In this document: one piece after another, positions 18,771 to 28,402 of the stretch
Position numbering within the stretch: position 1 is the first letter of the stretch
Layout: every line of letters begins with the position of its first letter
From: Candidatus Heimdallarchaeum aukensis
GTDB taxonomy: Archaea; Asgardarchaeota; Heimdallarchaeia; Heimdallarchaeales; Heimdallarchaeaceae
Assembly (NCBI GenBank): GCA_021513695.1
Contig: CP084166.1
Span: forward strand, 2,624,001 to 2,688,000
Reading direction: 5' to 3'
Length of the DNA stretch: 64,000 nucleotides
The notes under the pieces: model-generated
What the model was told of the DNA's origin: nothing
Database searches by the model: none
What the model saw: the letters and a program-made list of their open reading frames with translations, nothing else
Program-made: the position numbers and the translations under genes

Positions 18771-18844
18771 TTGAGGAACTCCTGTTATCTAAAATTACAT
18801 CTCAATAAATTATAAGTTAAAAAAACATTGAAATCAGTTTAAAC

Positions 18845-20404
18845 TTATTCTGGTAAGCGTATCAAGTCTCGAAAGACCTCTGATTTTTTCTCTAAAACTT
18901 CCTTTTCTCCTTGACCATTAACGAAAATAGAGAATGTTTCTAACATTGGAGAAGAATCTCCACTAATCTTTAGATATATTCTCTGCTCTTCATTTTCTTT
19001 GAGAACATCTAAAATCAAAGTCATTTTTTTGTAGTCGTCTTTGTTTTCTTCAATTATTTGTATGTATTCTGGTTCCTTTCTAGTTATAACGTGCATTAGG
19101 GGTATTTTGTCTTCAATTGAAATTGCTCCTTCTAAATTCTTTGTAGGCTTGAATACGTAAAGAATAGTATATCCTGATTCTGTACTTTTAAGGTAAATGA
19201 ATTTAGCGCTTTTAATGATTGTTTCTCCATTTTCATTCTCAACAACTTTTTTAGCTCTAAATAGATAAGGATAATAGTCAAGTTGGTAGGTTTTAGTTAG
19301 AATCTGTCCCATGTTGACATTCTTATGCTGCCAGCGGACAGTTGTTCCTTTCATTTTTGCTTTTTCAATTGTTCCGGTAGGAGGAATTACATCAGGATTG
19401 CTTCTTTGAATTTCAAATTCAGGAGGAATGTCATCTGTAATATACAATTCATCGATGCTGCGATTATGAATGTTCAAATATTTTGTCTCTGATACAAACT
19501 GTAATCCTTCTGTTTTAATTGTTTCAAATACGTTTAATATGTTAATGACTTTTTTATCCATTACTTCGAGAATTGTTCTATTAATTCTCCTCCTAAAGTA
19601 ATATTTTGCTTGAAATTTTTGTTTTGGGGCAAGTTCTGGTATGTTCCAAATAATTTCCAAAAATTCATCTTTCTTGTTTTTTAATGGATCCACTTCTGCA
19701 CCGTGAATATCAATTTTGTTGATTTTAAAACAATAAGGAATCTGATCAACGATTTTTATATCCTTTATTGGTGCATCATACTCATTTTCTAATTCTGATT
19801 CGATAACAAAATCTCCTATTCCTTCTCCAACAAGTATGCTGTTATCTTTCTCTGTTGTAACTAGTTTTCCGTCGGGTGTTCTAAAACTATTTGTACTTTT
19901 AATCTTTTCAGGATATTGATACTTGTTATCCTCTATTATTTTGAAGATTAGCTCTTTTTTTGCATATTCATCATCAGGAAGTTCGGAAAGAGTGTTTTCT
20001 TTTCCAATCACACGAGTGTCTTCTTCAATTTCCCAATTTTCTTCTTGTTTTCTTGTATCAAGTGGTTTTGTATCTACAATTAAATCTTCAATAGGTTTTT
20101 CTAATATAGTATCAGTTTTTAAAAGTCGAAGAATTAGTCTATAGTCTGCATTTATTCCCAACTCTTGCAAAAATTCTTCTATCCATCGAGCAACTCGAGT
20201 TTCGTGAGGAGCTAGAATTGTAGCCCAAAACTCAAAAACTGTTTTAACCACTTCATGCAGGTTTTTGCATACTCTTTCATTTATTAACCCAGACTTATCA
20301 TGAAAAGAAACAGTTCCACCTAAAGCAGTAGAAAATAAATTTGTGTTTGGTTCAATGTTGATAAAATATCGAGTAGAGCCCCAAAGAAGTTTTCCCGTAG
20401 TCAT
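18845..20404 (-). CDS. Hypothetical protein (519 aa, beta-rich, no recognised motif)
   Basis: Long uninterrupted ORF with a proper ATG. Its start overlaps the stop of the upstream gene (ATGA). Confidence 0.3.
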   Translation of the reverse strand: MTTGKLLWGSTRYFINIEPNTNLFSTALGGTVSFHDKSGLINERVCKNLHEVVKTVFEFWATILAPHETRVARWIEEFLQELGINADYRLILRLLKTDTILEKPIEDLIVDTKPLDTRKQEENWEIEEDTRVIGKENTLSELPDDEYAKKELIFKIIEDNKYQYPEKIKSTNSFRTPDGKLVTTEKDNSILVGEGIGDFVIESELENEYDAPIKDIKIVDQIPYCFKINKIDIHGAEVDPLKNKKDEFLEIIWNIPELAPKQKFQAKYYFRRRINRTILEVMDKKVINILNVFETIKTEGLQFVSETKYLNIHNRSIDELYITDDIPPEFEIQRSNPDVIPPTGTIEKAKMKGTTVRWQHKNVNMGQILTKTYQLDYYPYLFRAKKVVENENGETIIKSAKFIYLKSTESGYTILYVFKPTKNLEGAISIEDKIPLMHVITRKEPEYIQIIEENKDDYKKMTLILDVLKENEEQRIYLKISGDSSPMLETFSIFVNGQGEKEVLEKKSEVFRDLIRLPE

Positions 20405-21012
20405 TGTGTCACCTCTCCTATAACAATGCGTTCATTTATAGAAATAACTTGGTACTCGACAGTTTTCTCTGTTGAAACCTCGATTTCTTCAATTGTGTCA
20501 GAACTATAATTGTAAACACTTAATTTGTAAGTACCTTCTTCTAATGATTCAGTAACATATTTTTTAATTTGAGTAAGAGAATTAAACATAACTGAAGGAG
20601 AACTTAAAACTGGGACATAATCTCCAAAAACATCTCTTTTTAAAATTTCTATTATCTCTCTATTCTCCTTTTTTCCTAATTTTTCTTTATAGAGCCTTTT
20701 TGCAGTATGTAAATGAAAGTTTACTATCTCCTCACTTTCAGCTAAATCATAAATCTCTTTTGCTTTTTCCAATTCATTTAGATACAAGTATCTAGTTATC
20801 AATTTTGCTAAAGCGAAAGCGTATAAGTCTTCATAATCCTCTTTTGAAATATCAGCTAGAAAATTCCACAAAATTGTTGATTCTAAATATTTTTCATTTT
20901 TTTCTAATTCTAAAGATTTTTTTGTTATTGCTTCTAACACTTCATTTATCTTGTCTTGATTGAATAATTCCTTTACTTCTCTAATGATTTCTTGAATAGA
21001 ACCTTCGCTCAT
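20401..21012 (-). CDS. Hypothetical protein (helical N-terminal half, beta-rich C-terminal half), co-translated with the 519-aa ORF
   Basis: The ORF runs to 21021 with a GTG start. The first ATG is at 21010-21012. Confidence 0.3.
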   Translation of the reverse strand: MSEGSIQEIIREVKELFNQDKINEVLEAITKKSLELEKNEKYLESTILWNFLADISKEDYEDLYAFALAKLITRYLYLNELEKAKEIYDLAESEEIVNFHLHTAKRLYKEKLGKKENREIIEILKRDVFGDYVPVLSSPSVMFNSLTQIKKYVTESLEEGTYKLSVYNYSSDTIEEIEVSTEKTVEYQVISINERIVIGEVTQ

Positions 21013-21131
21013 AATAGCCACTCTTTCTTCACCTAAGTTTGTTTAACTAACTATATAATTGTTACTCTCGCCAAATCTTTTCTTATAATTCTATTTGTGA
21101 TTTTTGCTCTTCCTAATTATAAATGTTGAAA

Positions 21132-22479
21132 TTAAATGAATCTTTGGTAAATTAATTCCATTTTCCTTTTCCAATTTTCATATTCCCTATAATCATTAGG
21201 AAACTGATAGCAGATATTCTTTATCTGTTTTGTAGCACTAAGAGCTTTTTTCATTAATAACAGTAAATACATTTTTGGGAAACAACGTATAACTCTGGCT
21301 AATAAAGAAAAAATGCTTTCTTTTTTACTTAATCCTTCAACTGATAAATCGGATTGTTTGATTACTCTTTTTCTAATTAAAAACTCTAAATCTTCAGCTC
21401 CAATTCTCTTTAAAACAACAGCTAAAATTTTATAAAGAGAATTATCGCTCCCAAATTCTTTCATAACTTCAACATTATACTGCCACAAGTTGTTAATGTC
21501 ATATTCTCCTTTTTCTATTGCTTGTTTAGCTACTTTTCCAGCTATTGTTCCTGCAAGTAGAGCTGGACCGTGACCCTCTGCGGTTAGAGGATCAGCATGA
21601 AAAGCAGCATCTCCTACAACAATTAAACCTGGTGCAACAGCATTCCATAGAGGTGGTTGTACTGGAACAACATCTCCTCTTCCGTCAATAACATTATAAT
21701 CTGAATAATATTTCTTCATAGCATTGAAGTAAACTTGTTTAACACTAAGTTGTTCATTTTTTCCAATTTTTTGAAAGCCTGTTCCACAATTTAGTCTTTG
21801 TTTTCCATCTCCAAAAAACCAAATATATCCAGGCTCTGGAATGTCTTTTTCGTATTGTAACACAATTTTACCATGTAAATCATGATCCTCTTTTAATTCT
21901 ATTATTTCCCGAAAACAAGAGGCATAATCGTTTTTTGTTAGCTTCTTATATAATCTTGGAGAAAAGTCTTCAGGTAAATTCGTCCTTATAACAGCACGGC
22001 ATCCACTAGCATCAATAGTTATTTTTGCTCTAAATTCTTCTTCTTTATCAGCTTTTTTTGCGATAACACCTACTACTCTGCCTTTTTCAATTATGGGTGT
22101 TGATACTTTACAATTATCTACTAATTTGACATTTCTTGAGAGAGCTTCTTTGAGTAATCTCTGCCCATAGATATGGCGGTTGATCATAAAACCAATAGCT
22201 GGTAACTCTATGTTTATTTCAGGGTCTCCAGTTCTAACTACCATTGTTTCTATTTTTGCATTAATTTCTTCTTCTCTTGGAGGGTCAATGTCTAACATTT
22301 TTGAAACTTTTAGAACAGTTTTCTTAGATAATGCTTCTCCGCACACTTTATCTCCAATTCTCTCCTTAGACTTAGAGTCGATTAGTATTACATTCAACCC
22401 TTGATTGGCCGCACTAATAGCTGCAGCAACACCTGCAGGACCTGCTCCAACAATAACAACATCACTAGTGTTAACCATT
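21132..22479 (-). CDS. Geranylgeranyl reductase family FAD-dependent oxidoreductase (digeranylgeranylglycerophospholipid reductase-like) with a C-terminal extension
   Basis: DVVIVGAGPAGVAAAISAANQGLNVILIDSK dinucleotide-binding motif and overall GGR-like layout. The ORF begins with TTG at 22502, the likely ATG is at 22479. About 60 aa longer than typical GGR. Confidence 0.7.
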
Positions 22480-22686
22480 AAATCAGAACGAGAATAGAGC
22501 AATAAAAGACTTTCTCTCCTTCTACTAGTAGATACACCAATTATATATTTAATACAATTAAGATATATATCTGATTATATCTATATTATTTTGGAAAGAG
22601 CTATACTATAATTGATTTTAGCTAAATAATCTTCTTCCTATGAAACAAATTTTAAATAGATATATGATTTTTTAAAGTAGAAGAAA

Positions 22687-23790
22687 ATGGAAAATGTAAA
22701 AATAGTCTTTTCAGTATTTGATGATACAGTGGGTTCAAGAGTTCTTCTATCTCAGAATGTTTCTGAAGAAGAAGCTCAAAAAGTATCTGTAAGAATGTTG
22801 ATGGGAGCAGCAGCTACAGACATGTTAAAAGAAAGTTCTGCAGTTTTACCCCTTCATGACATGAGTGATGTGGCATATTCATTTTTCTTTGGTATCCCGT
22901 GTAAATCAAAGAGATCTCCTGTTACAATGGCTTGTTTGACATTTATAATTCCAGAAGATCTTCAAGCTAAGCTTTATACGAAGGTGCCTGTTTTTAATTA
23001 TCATTCTAGTACAGTGGCAAAACAGATATCTGGTCTTATTTTGTATGAACCTAGTTACAACTTAGATGAATCACTTAAACAGAGAGTGCTAAAATGGGCT
23101 GAAAATCTGAATTCAATTATGGAAGCTAAACAAGAACAAATGGGTGGTGTTCAAACAGTTGATATATTGAGATCTGCAGCAACACCGTATTTCTTCATGA
23201 GGCTCGTAAACAAAGGACAAGAATCAGTTGTACGAGAACTGATGCTAGGTCGCCCAATTGTAGTCGTGTGTTCTAAAGAAATGGTTAAACCATTTTTATC
23301 CTCGCTTCAGTCATTCCAACCTAGAAGAGAATTACTTGTTTCGCTCTATCCTGCAGAATATGTTCCTCCAGATCAATTTGATGTCCTTTTCGCAACTCCT
23401 GAACTACTATCTTCCTATCCTGATACATTAATAGTAGATCTAACAACAGGTGTAGCAAAAAATGGTCAAAATTGCCAATTCTGTAAAGAATTACTAAATA
23501 AACTACAACAAGATGCAGAAGCTGAAAAATATAATCACAAAGAAATAATAGATGATGCAATAAGAAAAATGGAAGAGGAAGTAAGCAAAATACTTCGATA
23601 CTCTGGTTCTTCTATTATTAGTCAATATTATGCACTAACAACAAATCCAAAACAACAGTTCGCTAATCTTACAGATAGTGAAATCGATATGGCTTTTACA
23701 ATTGCTTTAGCTAGATATCCAGAATATACCCAAAAAATCGACAAATTATACCAAGAATTAACTGGTAAGAAACGAAAATTCACTGTTTAA
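22687..23790 (+). CDS. Hypothetical protein with an N-terminal longin-like fold followed by an alpha/beta (Rossmann-like) domain. Possible longin-DENN/folliculin-like regulator.
   Basis: The predicted secondary-structure pattern of residues 1-120 (IVFSVFDD / SRVLLSQ / helix / AVLPLHD / VAYSFFFGI / TMACLTFIIPE / two helices) fits a longin domain. Downstream PIVVVCS...VLFATPELL...LIVDLTTG suggests a three-layer alpha/beta domain. Inference only. Confidence 0.3.
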   Translation: MENVKIVFSVFDDTVGSRVLLSQNVSEEEAQKVSVRMLMGAAATDMLKESSAVLPLHDMSDVAYSFFFGIPCKSKRSPVTMACLTFIIPEDLQAKLYTKVPVFNYHSSTVAKQISGLILYEPSYNLDESLKQRVLKWAENLNSIMEAKQEQMGGVQTVDILRSAATPYFFMRLVNKGQESVVRELMLGRPIVVVCSKEMVKPFLSSLQSFQPRRELLVSLYPAEYVPPDQFDVLFATPELLSSYPDTLIVDLTTGVAKNGQNCQFCKELLNKLQQDAEAEKYNHKEIIDDAIRKMEEEVSKILRYSGSSIISQYYALTTNPKQQFANLTDSEIDMAFTIALARYPEYTQKIDKLYQELTGKKRKFTV

Positions 23791-23913
23791 AAATAATAAT
23801 TACTTTTAATTTTTTTTGCTTTTTAAATTATTATCGTTGACTTTAGGCAAAAATAAGCTTTTTCAAGTATTTTTTTGAATAAATTTTAAATCTCTAAAGC
23901 TTATTAGTTGAAT

Positions 23914-24693
23914 ATGAACATTTCTGAGATTGTAGAAAAAATTGATGTGGAAAGGTTAAAAATAGTCTCTATTGTCGGGGCGGGGATTTCAAAAGCTTCT
24001 GGTATGCCTACTTTCAGAGGAGAAGATGGAATGTGGGATAATTATAGTGCAATGGAACTGGCTACGCCCCAAGCATTTGCAAAAGATCCTCAATTAGTAT
24101 GGAATTGGTACAAAGCAAGAATGAGGATTTTACTTGAAGCAAAGCCCAATAATGCTCATTTTGCTCTTACTGAATTAGAAGAGGAGGGTTTAAGTTTAGG
24201 TATCATAACTCAAAATGTTGATGGATTACACGAAATAGCAGGAAGTAAAAATATTATTGAGATTCATGGTAGAATCAGATATGCTCGTTGTACAAGTTGC
24301 AATCATATCCAAAGATGGGATAACCATAAGATTGCAAATGAAAGAGATTCTCTTCTTTATTGCCCAAAGTGCAAAAACAGTTTGTTAAGGCCCGATGTTG
24401 TGTGGTTTGGAGAACCTTTAGACCCTTTAAAAAGTGAAAAGGCATTAGATTGGTTATCACAGTGTAATCTCGTTCTGGTGATTGGAACAAGTGGAGTTGT
24501 TTATCCTGTAGCATCTTTCCCTTCTTTTGCAAAAAAAAGTGGAGCTAAAATTATAGAATTTAATATTGAATCTACTCCATTAACACCAATTTGTGATTTT
24601 TCAATATTTGGAAAGTGTGAGGAAACCTTACCAGTGTTTGTAAAAGAGTTAATAAGAAAAGTTGAGAAAAGAAAAAGTGAGAAAAATGAATAA
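23914..24693 (+). CDS. cobB: NAD-dependent protein deacylase, Sir2/sirtuin family
   Basis: GAGISKASGMPTFRG, QNVDGLH, the zinc ribbon CTSCNH...CPKC and VVWFGE. The ORF opens with TTG at 23908, the ATG at 23914 is the likely start. Confidence 0.85.
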   Translation: MNISEIVEKIDVERLKIVSIVGAGISKASGMPTFRGEDGMWDNYSAMELATPQAFAKDPQLVWNWYKARMRILLEAKPNNAHFALTELEEEGLSLGIITQNVDGLHEIAGSKNIIEIHGRIRYARCTSCNHIQRWDNHKIANERDSLLYCPKCKNSLLRPDVVWFGEPLDPLKSEKALDWLSQCNLVLVIGTSGVVYPVASFPSFAKKSGAKIIEFNIESTPLTPICDFSIFGKCEETLPVFVKELIRKVEKRKSEKNE

Positions 24694-24961
24694 AAGAATA
24701 GAAGTAAAGGTTACAGGAATAGTCCAGGGAGTATGCTTTAGGGCTTATACCAGAGATTTCGCAAAAAGAATAGGTGTAAATGGATACGTGAGAAATCTCG
24801 TTGATGGTTCCGTAGAAATAGTAGCTGAAGGTGAAGAGGAAAAATTGTGGGAATTAATTAAATTTGCAAAAAGAGGTCCCCCCTCAGCTCGAGTATATAA
24901 CATTGATGTAAAGTGGACTGAAGCTTCAAATCAATACAACAATTTTACAATAAAGTATTGA
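24686..24961 (+). CDS. acyP: Acylphosphatase
   Basis: VTGIVQGVCFRAYTRDFAKRIGVNGYVRNLVDGSVEIVAEGEE matches the acylphosphatase signatures (V.G.VQGV.FR and G.V.N..DGSV). The ATG at 24686 overlaps the sirtuin stop by 8 nt. The track ORF starts earlier at a TTG. Confidence 0.8.
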   Translation: MNKRIEVKVTGIVQGVCFRAYTRDFAKRIGVNGYVRNLVDGSVEIVAEGEEEKLWELIKFAKRGPPSARVYNIDVKWTEASNQYNNFTIKY

Positions 24962-24990
24962 AAAATAAAAATGAGGAAAATAGGAAACAC

Positions 24991-25773
24991 CTATTCATTT
25001 TTTTCAGAAGATGTGTCTTTTTCTTCTTCTTTTTCCCCCTTTGATTTTGCTAGTAACTCATCTATTTTTTTCCTATCCTCCTCTGATAGTTGTTCCATAG
25101 CCTCTTGACTCTTTTTCATAATATGACCAAGTATAAGACCATATAATATCGATAAAACACCCATTGTTGAACCTTGAGAGTTGAAATGCTCTTGTGCTCT
25201 TGATTTACATGTATTCAACCATTCTTTGGTCATTTTTCCGTTTCCTAATCCTGGGCATTCTTCCTTATCTGCTAAAAAGTATTTTTGCCCGTTAAAAGCT
25301 AAAGGATAAGCACTACAGTGAATGGGCATACTGTAGTAAAGGTTACATATTTTGTTTTCATGATCATAGAGAGGACACCCAGAGGGGTTAGTGTCATTTT
25401 CTTCCTTATTACGCTTCAAAACTAACTGAACACTAAATTGGTTAATCTCTTTTATTTGAAGAAATGGTAATACATAATTAAGAGAACCATCTCTAATCCA
25501 TCTTTGGATGTCAGAAATATAAACTGGTACCTCGTCCCAACGTTCGCAACACTTACCACAGCCTTTTATACAATTAAAAACAAATCTTGGGGGCTTTTTT
25601 TCTTTTGTTTCTTGTTTTTCTTCTTCACTCTTTTTTACTTCTTGTTTTTCCTCTTGCTTCATTTCTTCTTTATCTTGCTGGTTTTCCTGCTGTTCTTGGT
25701 TTTTTTCTTCTTGTTTTTCTTCTTGCTCTCTTCTTTCCTCTGTAACGTCTACGTTCTCTTCATTTTCAAACAT
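24991..25773 (-). CDS. Cys-rich YkgJ/UPF0153-like putative Fe-S/zinc-binding protein with a Glu/Lys/Gln-rich low-complexity N-terminus
   Basis: CIKGCGKCCERW (CxxCxxCC) pattern plus additional Cys. N-terminal EEKQEEKNQEQQENQQDKEEMKQEEKQEVKKSEEEKQETKEKK. Confidence 0.4.
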   Translation of the reverse strand: MFENEENVDVTEERREQEEKQEEKNQEQQENQQDKEEMKQEEKQEVKKSEEEKQETKEKKPPRFVFNCIKGCGKCCERWDEVPVYISDIQRWIRDGSLNYVLPFLQIKEINQFSVQLVLKRNKEENDTNPSGCPLYDHENKICNLYYSMPIHCSAYPLAFNGQKYFLADKEECPGLGNGKMTKEWLNTCKSRAQEHFNSQGSTMGVLSILYGLILGHIMKKSQEAMEQLSEEDRKKIDELLAKSKGEKEEEKDTSSEKNE

Positions 25774-25851
25774 TGTATCACCAAATATTAAGCCTACAAG
25801 ATAAAATAAAATTTTTCGGTATAATATAAAAATAAAAAATAAAACAAGAGT

Positions 25852-26490
25852 CTAATCATACAACTCTCGTTTAATAGTCTCAAAGATTCCATCTATTCTG
25901 TCGTACATTTCCTCTCCGCCTTTTAAAGCAGAGATAGCTTCCCAACCATGAAATGATTTCGGATAACGTTCTTTTAGATGTTCCCAAGCAGCTTTGAAGT
26001 TTTCTCTCAAGTATTCATCTGCTTTTGCCTTGCTAAAATCGAGTAAGTCAATTTTATTGACTACTAGGAAAAAGATAGCTTTGATTTTTCTTGCCTTGCG
26101 CTCAGCTTTGACAATATCATCATCTAAAGTCATAAGAAAATAATTGCTAACTTGAGTTAAAGCATCAATTTGAACTTTAGTGTCTTGAGTGGGATCAATC
26201 ATAAAGATTATACCATTAGTTTTATAGTCTTGCATTGCTTTTTTCCAATAAGGCCATAAAGACATATCTCCAGGACAGTCTACTGCCATAACTTTGTAAG
26301 TTCTGTATTTTTCTAAGCTCAAAGAAGATTTGTATTGTTGGCTTTTTAGCTTTATACGCTTAGAATGCACTTCAATTTGCGTAGTTGGACTTATATCTTC
26401 TATTTCTTCTCCCTTGATTCTTTTAATTAGAGTAGTTTTACCCACTCCTGTTGCACCTAAAACTGTGATTGATAATTCACGAGTTAACAT
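25852..26490 (-). CDS. Small GTPase (Arf/Rag-like, Ras superfamily)
   Basis: G1 GATGVGKTTLIKR, DCPGD, the LWPYW switch-II region resembling Arf's LWRHY, and NKIDLL (NKxD). Confidence 0.65.
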   Translation of the reverse strand: MLTRELSITVLGATGVGKTTLIKRIKGEEIEDISPTTQIEVHSKRIKLKSQQYKSSLSLEKYRTYKVMAVDCPGDMSLWPYWKKAMQDYKTNGIIFMIDPTQDTKVQIDALTQVSNYFLMTLDDDIVKAERKARKIKAIFFLVVNKIDLLDFSKAKADEYLRENFKAAWEHLKERYPKSFHGWEAISALKGGEEMYDRIDGIFETIKRELYD

Positions 26491-26904
26491 TGTTATTCAA
26501 CTGAATATTTAGTTTAATCAGTATATCAATCTTTTGTAAAGATTAAGTAAACACTTTATTCAAAAAATCAAAAGAATCAAATAATAGATGAAAAAAATCA
26601 ATAATTAGATATAATTAGCTTCTTAAGTATGATGAAAAAATCAAAAAGATATTTTTTTATTAATTATTGTTGGTGACTAAAAAAGCTAAAAACAAGTTTA
26701 ATTCGGTCTTAAATTTATTTTTTTTTAATTATTATTTTTTTTAAATTTTTGTATTTTTCACACTGAAAAAAACATTATTCTAAAGTGTTTTTTTAACGCT
26801 TCTAACTTGATTTTTTATAGGTTCCAATATTTGAGAAAAGTTTATAAGGAGACTGTTGGTGTTCTTGTAGATTATTTAAAATTAAGTTAATATGTGAATA
26901 GTAT
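26491..26904. promoter_or_regulatory. 414-bp extremely AT-rich divergent intergenic region (small GTPase on the minus strand, oxidoreductase-hydrogenase cluster on the plus strand) with TATA-like tttaaaatt at ~26875-26883, about 25 nt upstream of the korD ATG
   Basis: Longest non-coding stretch in the window. T/A runs and a TATA-box-like element close to the start codon suggest a short-leader archaeal promoter. Not verified. Confidence 0.3.
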
Positions 26905-27237
26905 ATGAATTATACTGTCGATTATGATAAAAAAAAGAAAAAAGCGGAGTGGCCCGCTTTCATAAATATAAGTGAATGGAAACAAGAACACCCCGTAATA
27001 TATCTAATCCCAGAACGTTGCAAAGCTTGTAGTTTCTGCATAAATTACTGCCCTGAACAGATTCTTGAATTTTCTCCAGATATTAATCAAAAGGGCTATC
27101 ATCTTCCCAAACTTAAAGAGGGTAAAGACTTTTCTAACTGTGCAGAGTGTCATTTTTGTGAATTAATTTGTCCTGAATTCGCTATTTTTGTGAAGGTTCC
27201 GGAAAAACAAGACGAGGAGGAGAAACCAAGTGAGTGA
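26905..27237 (+). CDS. 2-oxoacid:ferredoxin oxidoreductase, delta (2x[4Fe-4S] ferredoxin) subunit
   Basis: Two CxxCxxCxxxCP motifs (CKACSFCINYCP, CAECHFCELICP). First gene of a D-A-B-G set. Substrate specificity (2-oxoglutarate vs pyruvate/2-ketoisovalerate) is not decidable by eye. Confidence 0.75.
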   Translation: MNYTVDYDKKKKKAEWPAFINISEWKQEHPVIYLIPERCKACSFCINYCPEQILEFSPDINQKGYHLPKLKEGKDFSNCAECHFCELICPEFAIFVKVPEKQDEEEKPSE

Positions 27238-28402
27238 AACAATTCAGAAAGAAGAAGATAGAACTGTTTTAACTGGTGAATATTTCACAACTGGAAACCT
27301 AGCTGCGGCAGAAGGCGCTTTAGCTGCTGGATGTAAGTTCTTCGGCGGTTATCCCATTACTCCCAGTTCAGAGATTGCAGAACACATGTCTTATCGTCTT
27401 CCCCAAGTTGGAGGTCATTTCCTTCAATTCGAGGATGAAATAGCTTCTATCGTATCAATTCTTGGAGCAAGTTGGGGCGGATGGAAATCTATGACTGCAA
27501 CTTCTGGTCCAGGTTACTCTTTAATGTTGGAAAATATAGGTCTAGGAATAATGACTGAAACTCCTTGTGTTATAGTTAATGTTCAACGAGGAGGTCCTTC
27601 TACTGGTTTACCAACACTAGTAGGCCAACAAGATATCCAACAAACAAGGTGGGGGTCTCATGGAGATTATGAAGTAATCGCTTTAGCACCAAATAGTGTT
27701 CAAGAATGCTTTGATTTAACTATTGTTGCTTTTAATTATGCTGAAAAATATAGGTTGCCAGTAACCTTGCTAATGGATGAAACACTTGGTCATATGAGTG
27801 AAAAGTTGATTATTCCAACAAAAGATGAAATCAAGGTTATTAATAGAAAAAAACCCAAAGATGATCCATCGATACACCTTCCCTATAAAGCAGATGACGA
27901 TCTAGTTCCTCCCATGGCTACTGCAGGGGAAGGATATCGTGTAATGACTACAGGATTAACACATGATGAACGAGGATATCCTGTTTTAAATGCGGAAACC
28001 CAAGAAAAACTTATACGAAGATTAATCGACAAAATAAGAAAAAATAAAGATGATATAATCCTGCTCGAGGAATATAAGCTCGAGGACGCAGAAATAGCGC
28101 TAATCTCTTTTGGTATAAGCGCACGTGCTTCAAAGGGTGCAATTGAGCTTGCAAGAAAGAAAGGAATAAAGGTTGGCCTTTTAAGACTTATTACTATTTG
28201 GCCGTTTGCAGATGAACAAATAGAGAAACTTGCTGAACAAGTGGGTAATATTTTTGTTGTTGAAATTAATGCAGGACAAGTTACAAGAGAGGTTCAGAGA
28301 GCTGTAAAAGGTAAAGCAGAAGTTCATGGTGTATTTAAGTATGGTGGAGCCATTCACACACCAGAAGAAATTTTGTCTGAAATCGAGAGGAGAATAAAAT
28401 GA
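27230..28402 (+). CDS. 2-oxoacid:ferredoxin oxidoreductase, alpha subunit
   Basis: GTG start preceded by GAGGAGGAG. GGYPITPSSEI and the overall PorA/KorA layout. Overlaps korD by 8 nt. Confidence 0.8.
   Translation: MSETIQKEEDRTVLTGEYFTTGNLAAAEGALAAGCKFFGGYPITPSSEIAEHMSYRLPQVGGHFLQFEDEIASIVSILGASWGGWKSMTATSGPGYSLMLENIGLGIMTETPCVIVNVQRGGPSTGLPTLVGQQDIQQTRWGSHGDYEVIALAPNSVQECFDLTIVAFNYAEKYRLPVTLLMDETLGHMSEKLIIPTKDEIKVINRKKPKDDPSIHLPYKADDDLVPPMATAGEGYRVMTTGLTHDERGYPVLNAETQEKLIRRLIDKIRKNKDDIILLEEYKLEDAEIALISFGISARASKGAIELARKKGIKVGLLRLITIWPFADEQIEKLAEQVGNIFVVEINAGQVTREVQRAVKGKAEVHGVFKYGGAIHTPEEILSEIERRIK

Noticed and set aside
25504-25791. Plus-strand 95-aa Phe/Leu-rich ORF
   Set aside because: It is antisense to the Glu/Lys-rich low-complexity N-terminus of the Cys-rich protein (24991..25773). 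A-rich codons on one strand give T-rich Phe/Leu codons on the other, so this is an artifact.
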